A DNA stretch of 63,879 bases, the filler included, from Licmophora abbreviata (taxonomy: Eukaryota), in assembly GCA_900291995.1 (NCBI GenBank). It is 8 parts of 8 records of this genome, joined end to end, with 100 filler letters (N's around TTAATTAATTAA, not from the genome) between each part and the next. Parts side by side here need not be neighbours in the genome. Positions count along the whole stretch, not along the records: positions 1 to 13,214 come from OLMU01003672.1; positions 13,315 to 17,802 come from OLMU01003675.1; positions 17,903 to 34,612 come from OLMU01003676.1; 5 more parts are not named here. One strand, 5' to 3'. A program made the position numbers and the translations under genes. Under the pieces are notes generated by a model. That model was not told the origin of the DNA. It saw only the letters and a list, made by a program, of their open reading frames with translations, and made no database searches. Below are positions 11,611 through 19,890 of this stretch, one piece after another; the first letter of the stretch is position 1, and the number at the start of each line of letters is the position of its first letter.

Positions 11611-12018
11611 ATGTTCTTCCGCACTGCCGCCTTGCAATTTTCCAAACGCATGTTGATGCCTCAATTGTCACCGACGCACACTTCTGGACGCATAGTCGAG
11701 TGGCACATTGCATCCTCCGACCTCGTACAAGAGTACGATCCTGTCTTTGTAATGGAATGTTCGCAAGACTTTTTGATGAAAGAGAACCGCGACGGCGATG
11801 CGAATGCACGCATGATTGTGGAAAGTTTGGAAGAAGGAAGTGTAGTACTTTTAAACAACAACAACAACAAGGACGAGTGGATCCAGGTGGGGACGGAATT
11901 GGGGATCATTGATGATGGAGATCCAGTCGATGGAGACTGGACCTGGCAAGCTTATATTCATACTCCTACTACTCGTAGTACGAACAACAACAACAACAAC
12001 AAGGATGGAGGAGGCTAG
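11611..12018 (+). CDS. stand-alone lipoyl/biotinyl-domain-like protein lacking the canonical DKA lysine motif
   Basis: MPQLSPTHTSGRIVEW...ESLEEG...IQVGTELGII resembles PDH-E2 lipoyl domains (MPALSPTM..G.I..W...EEG...VG..IAII). Confidence 0.7.
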   Translation: MFFRTAALQFSKRMLMPQLSPTHTSGRIVEWHIASSDLVQEYDPVFVMECSQDFLMKENRDGDANARMIVESLEEGSVVLLNNNNNKDEWIQVGTELGIIDDGDPVDGDWTWQAYIHTPTTRSTNNNNNNKDGGG

Positions 12019-12151
12019 GCGCGTCGTGAGTTTGTTCCGGCTACTTTCCGACGACAGACACACAGACGGTTTGTTGGGACGCTACGATGCTTCTATACCA
12101 GATCTTGTGTAGCACATTGCTTCCCAGTACTGAACCTACGAAGGAGCCGAC

Positions 12152-12160
12152 TTTCCCGCC
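12152..12160 (+). promoter_or_regulatory. E2F-type element upstream of the Aurora-like kinase
   Basis: TTTCCCGCC lies 70 bp before the ATG at 12230. Confidence 0.45.
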
Positions 12161-12229
12161 CTTTTTGGTATCACGCTTGGGCGCAAGACACACAGTGTAT
12201 CATATCATATAAGGTCCAGTGTCATCCTC

Positions 12230-13214
12230 ATGACTGAAATCACAGCACGCAACAGCAGTAGTGCCACACCTCTGCGCATTCGTCGTCTTCGAGCAGAACG
12301 GCGTCGTCGTCGTGAGAAGAAGAAGAAGAAGCGCAAACGACAACAACAACAACAGCAAGAACGACAGTGTGTCGGCATCAGCGACGGACTTTCGGAATCC
12401 ATCCTCCTGCATGCCATCACTGATGTTTCCAAGACTTCCCCTACTATCGACAAGACGAGCAACACTCATCATTGGATGACGGACGATGACTTTGACGACA
12501 TCCAAGCTGTGGCTCGTGGAAAGTTTGGTGTCGTCTTTTGTGCACGCGACACCACACGTCGCAACAAAACTCGCATGGTGGCACTCAAACGACTTCATAA
12601 CAACGACTGCAACAACAACATACACACCAACGAGCTGGAGATTCACAAGAGGTATGTGCGTATTGGATACAGGTAGATTGGAACCGTACTGAATCAATCC
12701 TAACATGAAGAATGTGGAGACGAGATGGAAGCTTCGTCGCATCGCGCGGTTTCGCGCGCTCATCCCGTGTGCATCTCATCTCTAGCCTCTTTCTCCTCCC
12801 AATAATCACACACAGCCTCCACCACGAGAACATTGTTCAACTCCTTGGTTACTACTACGCTCGTCTTCCTCCTCAGGATATCACTAGTACCCACCAAGAA
12901 CAAACCAACCTAACGCTCGTGATGGAATACGCTCCTTCCGGAGATCTTCGCAACTACCTGTTGCACAACACTGGCGTCTCTGCCGCTCACATTGTTCGTC
13001 AGGTGGCACACGCTTTGGCCTACCTCCAGTTGCATTGCATTGCTCATCGCGACATTAAACCTGAAAACGTTCTAGTCACAACCAATGGTACCGTCAAGCT
13101 TTGTGACTTTGGAATGAGTTGCAAGTACAATCATCAACAACATCACAGACGTTCTTCCATTGTGGGAACCATGGAATTTGTGGCTCCGGAAATTGTACGA
13201 ACGGCACGGGGAGA
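12230..13214 (+). CDS. Aurora-like Ser/Thr protein kinase, 3'-truncated by a scaffold gap; intron 12652-12815
   Basis: ARGKFGVV, VALKRL, ELEIHKSLHHENIVQLLGYY (after splicing), HRDIKPEN, DFG and RRSSIVGTMEFVAPE. Confidence 0.8.
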
Positions 13215-13314
13215 NNNNNNNNNNNNNNNNNNNNNNNNNNNNNNNNNNNNNNNNNNNNTTAATTAATTAANNNNNNNNNNNNNNNNNNNNNNNNNNNNNN
13301 NNNNNNNNNNNNNN
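13215..13314. other. synthetic scaffold spacer N44-TTAATTAATTAA-N44 (also at 17803-17902, 34613-34712, 39569-39668, 45771-45870, 56812-56911, 58620-58719)
   Basis: Seven identical 100-nt blocks carrying an all-frame stop linker; assembly artefact. Confidence 0.97.
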
Positions 13315-14530
13315 CGATTTCTTTGACTTGGATGGACCCGAAGGAACTGCAAATGGAAAGAAAGCTCCCAGGGGTTTCAAACGCCTTCTTCCTGGCGAAA
13401 AAGTGCGCCTGAAGTATGCTTATGTGATCAGATGTGACGAGATAGTACGCGATCCTGATACACAGGAGCCTGTTGAGCTGAAGTGCACCTACTTTCCAGA
13501 AACGAGAGCAGGGGTGACGCCAGAAGGCGAGAAACGGGTCAAAGGCATTATTCACTGGGTAGAAGGGAGCACTGGCGTTAGGTGCAGGGTGAATCAATAC
13601 GATCGTCTATTCCTCGCAGAGGAGCCTGGGAAGGAAAGCGGCGATTACGTCAATGACCTTAACCCGAATTCGTTAGAGGTTCTCAACGATGTCCTTATCG
13701 AGTCAAGTGTCGCAAAGGATGCACTAGCCATACTGAAAAATATTCGGGACAAAGATGTAGGGTCTGCCGACGCGACACCATACCATTCCGACTTGTCATA
13801 CCAATTTGAGCGCAGTGGATACTTTTCGCTTGATCCCGACTCGACGGTCGAACGCAATCTCGTATTTAATCGAGTCGTGACTCTTAGAGATACCTGGGGT
13901 GCCAAAATACAGCCAGTCAAAAAGAAAGAAACGAGAGACAGCGGCAACGACAGAAATCCCAAACAACAAAGCGCTGGCATCGTTGAAGATGTTAGACGAA
14001 TAGCTTTCCAGGCAGCTACAATTCTTGAGGCAGGTCCTCACCCGGAAGCTGATAGTCTTCTGTTATGCAAAGTCGATTGTGGTGATGTAACTGAGGACGG
14101 GGCTCCTGGCGAACCTCGGACGGTGGTCGCTGGACTTGCCAGAAAGATCGCCATCGAAGAGTTGGTGGGTCGGAGGGTAGTATGTGTGACGAACTTGAAA
14201 CCAGCGAAAATGAGAGGTATAGAGAGTAAGGCAATGCTGCTTGCGGCTTCTGATGGAGAAGAGGGGGAGAACGAAAAGGTGGAATTGCTTTCTGTATCCG
14301 ACTCTGTTCCTAACGGCGAGCTTCTATCCTTTGAGGACAAGGACCCGAGTGAACCCGATCCCATGCTCAAAAGTAAAGGTGCGCTAAAGGTTTGGGATCG
14401 GGTGAAATCGTCACTAAGAGCAAATGACAGGGGCGAGGCCATCTACTTGCAGGAAAGAAAATCACACAGGATGATGACAAGCGCAGGACCAGTGAAGACA
14501 ACGTCACTCGTCAACACCATCATTCAATAA
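13315..14530 (+). CDS. glnS: glutaminyl-tRNA synthetase, C-terminal part (anticodon-binding barrel) fused to a Trbp111/EMAPII-type tRNA-binding OB domain; 5' part lost in the gap
   Basis: FKRLLPGEKVRLKYAYVIRC, KRVKGIIHWV, YDRLF, YQFERSGYF and VFNRVVTLRD; then HPEADSLLLCKVDCG...RTVVAGL...VTNLKPAKMRGIESKAMLLAA. Confidence 0.9.
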
Positions 14531-14608
14531 TAGTGTCGCAAGATTCACCCTTCATTTCAATTGTAGCGTTGATTGAGCTTAGTAAATTATTCATCGTGTC
14601 AGTCGCAA

Positions 14609-16273
14609 TCATGCAGCGGTCGCTCCGTCCTGCATCCCATATACCTCCCCCAACAGATTTCGTGAGCTTTTTGAAGTTGACTTGTCTGGCGCACTTGGTG
14701 GTCGACCCAGCGAGCTTACGTGGAGCTTAGTTTTTCCTTCGACCTGCTGCGGAGCTGCCGAACTAGGAGTTCGGAAGTTCTTGATGGAGCTTGTTCGCAT
14801 ATTTCGCGTCGACTTCTGGGCATTCGCGAGTCTACGTTCACGCTTCCCTGGGTTGGCTGCGCTCGCCCGGTTGAGGACGAATGTGGACCTTCTGCGCACA
14901 TTCTCGAGGCCACTGTCATCTCCATCACGGAGAGCGCAAATTTCTCTCTTCAAAATCTTGTAAATACTGTCCATCGTCGGACGCATCGATGGATCTGGTT
15001 CCCAAGCCCGCTTCATCAGGATCCGAACTGGCGTCGACCAGGTGGAATCGAGTGGAGGCCGTTGATTACCGTAGACAACCAACTCGGAGTGGTCCAGTCG
15101 GGACATTCCGTCGTAGGGTAGGAGGAGAGAACAAATTTGCCAGAGTAGCAAGCCAAAGCTATAAGTGTCTGCGCTGAGGTTGTATGGCTCGGAGAGAGCA
15201 ACTTCCGGTGCCATGTATCGCAGTGAGCCAGTGTTGCCGGAAAGTTCGTATGTCTCGGAATAGCCCAGAGCATCTGGGTCCAACTCTTTCGCCAGGCCAA
15301 AGTCAAAAAGTTTGACTAGCAAGGACGACAGACAGAGCAATGGAAAATGAGCTGAGATATGCACACATGCCGCAATAAAGGGTCATCAAGTAAGACAGGT
15401 TTCATACTCACCGTCGCCACGAATATCAAAGCCAATATTGTCAGGCTTGAGATCGCGGTAGATTATTCGATTGTCATGCAAGTGACGGAGGGCCGCTGCT
15501 ACATCGAAGGCCACATGAAGTCGACCCGCGATGATATCGCGCCGCTTTCTTGAGTATCGATCCTGTGTTAGCTTGCCCCGAACCCCCTTGTTCTGAGCTT
15601 CTGTTTTTTCATCTTGCTCCCGCCATTGATCAATGCGCGTATCGAGAGTACACTGCAGACGATCTAGGAGAAGAAAGTAGCCTCGTTCGTGGCAACTTGC
15701 GAAACCAGATGTCCCTGCAGCAGCCATTCCTCGTAATTTGATGATGTTAGGATGTTCCAAGCTAGCAAGGAACTTCGCCTCGACGACGAGATCGGCGGCC
15801 CCCGTGCAGAAGCGATCTGGATCTTCAATAGATTCTCTCGAGAGAAACTTGACTGCGTATCTACAGTTTTGGGATGACTCGCGATACACATGCTTCGCAA
15901 CAAACTCCCTATGTTCTCGCTGCAGCTCAGAGGAGATTTTCTTGGCATGCTCGGACCTGTGCGGGTGTTCCATCAATCGAATCGTCGCGATCTCATAGAC
16001 ATTGTTGAATCCACCTGATCCGAGCATCTTTCCTAGCATGACTTCGGACCGGTCGAACCGAGGGATGCATTTCTCTAGACTGGGATTGACGATACGAGAG
16101 TGCTTGGACATGTACTTGGCTGCACGCGAGGCAGACTTCCAAGCCTTGCGTCCAATTTCGGAGTGCTGCGGCTCGTATCGGAACTCGTTCGCGCTCTCGT
16201 GCAACACATCCTGAGATGAAACGACTGTGTGTTGCTTCTTGTTGGTTTCGTACATTCGAGGTTGGACGTTCAT
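14609..16273 (-). CDS. diatom-type TKL-like protein kinase; intron 15316-15411
   Basis: LGSGGFNNVY, YAVKFL, YRDLKPDNIGFD, VKLFDFGLAKE and GSLRYMAPE. Confidence 0.9.
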
Positions 16274-16774
16274 CTGAAGGAAAATAGGCACTACCACAAC
16301 AGCAATCCTTCCAAGCCAACACAAGGTCAAAGTGATGACAACTCACTTGGTGTTTGTACACAATCGTGGTCTTTTGTGCTCACAGTTTCACTAAGGCCCA
16401 AGAAAATGACCGTCTTGTAGAAGCCATACCAAGGGTACGTAATGACCATCAATGTCGTAAAGCTTAAACGCGATCAGAGGAATGCCAGTCATTTTGACAT
16501 TGATTATGTAAGGCACTGTGAAGGACTTATATCATGATAGCCCAGGAAAATTCCGAATGACTTTACCCAGCATGGAGGCCTCTGGGCTGTTTTCCATTGG
16601 TCTTACAACCACTTAGAGACTTTCATTGGTCATTCCAACAGAGAGTACATGGTATCTACAGATAGGAGGATGTCTAATTCGCTATTTGGGCATCGGAGTG
16701 TTCCTGAATGTGTATTGGGTCTTTAGTTGGAGTCGCTGGATGATAAAATGGGACCAGCAGGTACCTGGTAGAAG

Positions 16775-16800
16775 CGAGAGAGAGAGAGAGAGAGATAGAG
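16775..16800. repeat. (AG)n microsatellite
   Basis: gcgagagagagagagagagagatagag. Confidence 0.8.
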
Positions 16801-17401
16801 AGGAAGACGACGTGGAGCTGCTAGCTCTAGTACTGGCTACTAGTACCTGGTATTACATCAAAGGATGTAGAGCTATGGTACTACCGGTACCTGACTGGAT
16901 AGAGCTCTTGCTACGAGAAAGGGTAGAGTAGCAATCTAAATCATGATACATCGGCTCGCTATCATACTTCTACTAGTACCGAAAGTGTAGAGGAGGTAGC
17001 TAGACCGCGATCGACATGAAAAAAAGCAAGATATGCTCTCGATCAAAGTTTCAGTGTACTCAAGTTCTGGTACGTAAGTAGAGACCCCATGATCTGTGCT
17101 CGAACTTAATGAAACCTCTCTTTCTCTTCATCATCACAATCACATCAGCTTTCGGACGACGGACGGAGCCAATTGAAACTATGACGAGCTCCAGATAGCG
17201 AAATAAGTACATTCGAAGAAATGGAGTTCGCACGCGTACGTGTTCGTCTCATGCACGGAGCCAACTTCCAAACTTGAACAACGCGTGGAGGCTGCAAAAA
17301 ACCTGCTTGCGCCTTGCTCCAAATGAAAGTAGTAGTGCCGTGTGTTTGAGACTCAAGTTGATCTGTGTAGGTGCAGTGTCTGCACTATCAGAGGGAGCAA
17401 G

Positions 17402-18721
17402 ATGAAGAGTACGTTGGTGTTATGGGCCGTGGTCCTGTGGTCTACTACGCTTTGTGTCGTAGTGCAGGCCTGGTCCAAATCACCGTCATGGGTGCTTCAC
17501 CGTACTAGTAGTAATACACACCGCAACACGCGCTTGTACTCGGCCCTACAAGCTATTCCCAACAACAGCGATGCCGGTGAAGATTCGTCTCGTCGGTCGT
17601 TCATCGCTTCCCTGTCCGCTGCCGGATCACTGCTTGTTTCGGTCGCTTCTCCTGCACACGCCGCTGGAGAAAGCTCGGATTCCTTTTCATCGATTGCCGA
17701 ACGAGCAGCCCAAAATAGCAAGACCGTAGCAGCGACAGAAGAAGAAGACGACACGCCTACAGTCACATCCAGATCTTCTTCCAACACGGACACGCGGACT
17801 GCNNNNNNNNNNNNNNNNNNNNNNNNNNNNNNNNNNNNNNNNNNNNTTAATTAATTAANNNNNNNNNNNNNNNNNNNNNNNNNNNNNNNNNNNNNNNNNN
17901 NNCCTTACCCATGGCTGGAAAACAGACTCCCTTTTCGGAAATTGTCCGTCGTGACGAGGGTGAAGACGGAACCACAACAACAAGTACTCTCAAGGCGATT
18001 CTCGTGGTCAATATCAAACAGGATGATCCGATTGCAAGGAAAAATATCCCAGAACTGATTACACTGGCTGCCAAGTATGTGTCCATCGCGAGATCTGTGC
18101 AATCTGGTACTGTCTCTCATCGTCTCCTCACACGCTTATGCCGTTGTTCTTCTTCTTATCGTTCTATTTTAGATACGGTCGGTCCGGCGAGTTCGCCGTA
18201 GTGGTATCCCCCACGGACCAGGGCTACTACGAGCCCGATACGTCAGCCTTGATTCGACTGAAGCTTGCCAGCGAGTACGGGTATGGTATCAATCCGGCAA
18301 CCGTGGTGACCGACAAGGTCAATCTCCTAGGTACAGGTGCTCACCCTTTCTGGAGATGGCTGGAAGGCAGCTGCCGAACTCCTGCAGGACTTGGCAAGAT
18401 TCAGGTGAGCGGAAGGGTGACGACGAAAGTCATGGGGTTGCTTTCTAGTGCACGTACAATCATCTCGCTCACACACACATCTCCGTGCTGCAGGGGAACT
18501 TTGAAAAGTTTTTGATTGATGGTCAAACGGGCCGACCGTTGCGCCGGTATCCTCGCAAGTACATGCCTTATGACATTACCGATGATATTGCAGCACTCCT
18601 GCAAGACAAACCACTTCCACCTCCACGGGCCAATTTCAAGGAAGAGTGGCGCGCAGCAGCTAATGAGGCCGAGAGGGATACGTACCGATTTCAGAAGGGG
18701 CTCAACGTGTTTGATCAATAG
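17402..18721 (+). CDS. glutathione-peroxidase-fold protein without catalytic Cys/Sec, predicted plastid/thylakoid-lumen targeted; spans a gap; introns 18075-18172 and 18405-18493
   Basis: ILVVNIKQDD, SPTDQGYYEP, DKVNLLGTGAHPFWRWL and GNFEKFLIDG...RRY. The N-terminus has a signal peptide ending VQA|W, then SRRSF...PAHA. Confidence 0.8.
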
Positions 18722-19063
18722 AGGAAGAAAATAAGTGGACGCCACTGCTATTGCGAACAGTCGTAGTATCGCGATCCAACTACGAGTCGGAGCAAGTATT
18801 AATCTTAGTTCAAGCTCTCTAGAAGGTGTTGCTTCTCTATGTGCAGTTTATAGAAGATGTTATAAAAGTATAAATAGTAAGAGTTCGTCCAGTCGGACGA
18901 AAGGAGAATGAATTCGATGTAGACAAGATGAGAGTTGTCGAGGCGGGAACGAACCATGACTGGATCAAATTTTGCCTTGACAGCTCATCAACACCTTGTG
19001 AGTTGTTTCGCTCATGGCAAGAAACGTAGTGTTATATGTACACAAGAAGCATGTTGCAAAGTC

Positions 19064-19525
19064 TCATGGGTAGGTGGTGCTTTTTGGCAAGTCTGGCTTG
19101 CTGGCGTTGCGAGTTTCTGTTGTCGTCGATTTCGCCGCTCCGGTGTTCAGAACACCCCGCCCTCGCAAGAGTTCGACAAGAAAGGTAATGCGACTTTCCA
19201 AGCGACTTAGATAGTCTTGGACATCATTACAAAAGTCCCACCAACGCTCTTTGCTTGCCGTCGGCAGTCCCATGCTCCGCGCCCAGTCTCTGCAGGAATG
19301 CGTAAGATGGACCCATTGCCCAATAGACTGGTAGTGCTGACAGTGTTGATGAAGTATCCGCTTCCCAACAGCAGTCGAGAGATCCGAGCCGAGATCCATG
19401 TCCAGACAGTTCTCATGCGTGGGAGGAGGCAAGAGATAGACGAGGGGAGGCATGGGGATGGGCGAAAAGGGAGAGCTTCGCTTCATGGTGTTCTTGGTAT
19501 TCTTCGCTACTGCAACAGAAAACAT
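19064..19525 (-). CDS. hypothetical orphan protein
   Basis: 153-aa ATG ORF filling the intergenic space; an E2F-like module lies just upstream; no recognisable domain. Confidence 0.45.
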   Translation of the reverse strand: MFSVAVAKNTKNTMKRSSPFSPIPMPPLVYLLPPPTHENCLDMDLGSDLSTAVGKRILHQHCQHYQSIGQWVHLTHSCRDWARSMGLPTASKERWWDFCNDVQDYLSRLESRITFLVELLRGRGVLNTGAAKSTTTETRNASKPDLPKSTTYP

Positions 19526-19562
19526 GAATGAGAGAGTTCGGTATCATACACCGTGATGGCCG

Positions 19563-19623
19563 ATGGCGGGAAAAAGCCGGCGCCACCCACGGAGCGCAAT
19601 CTTGGATGGGTGTCACCCGGAGT
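19563..19623 (-). promoter_or_regulatory. E2F-type site plus 13-bp companion motif (copy 1)
   Basis: ATGGCGGGAAAA (19563-19574) and TGTCACCCGGAGT (19611-19623) are both identical to the copy at 44749-44815. Confidence 0.55.
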
Positions 19624-19890
19624 CCCAGTCGTGGTTGAAGCAGAAAATGTTTATTAATACACGAATACGTGATATCCATAATTAGCTTTTCCGTTGACAA
19701 GATGAACTACTTGTCCTGTAGAATCGATACTGGGATCTACGTCAAGTGCGTTTGAGGAGACGCAAACGACCACTTTTTGAGAAAGTGTAAAAAAATGGCG
19801 AGAGCATCAGAGTTTGAGGTTGCTTGATAAATTGTGCTGAGCGCTCTGGTTCACTCCGACGACTCTTTGCAGCTACCAGTCTACTATAGC

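Noticed and set aside
13259..13270. TTAATTAATTAA repeated seven times, considered as a biological repeat or CRISPR-like element
   Set aside because: It is always centred in exactly 44+44 Ns, so it is a synthetic all-frame stop linker.
17985..18060. selenocysteine GPx
   Set aside because: No in-frame TGA at the active-site position; the codons there read Gln-Asp-Asp.
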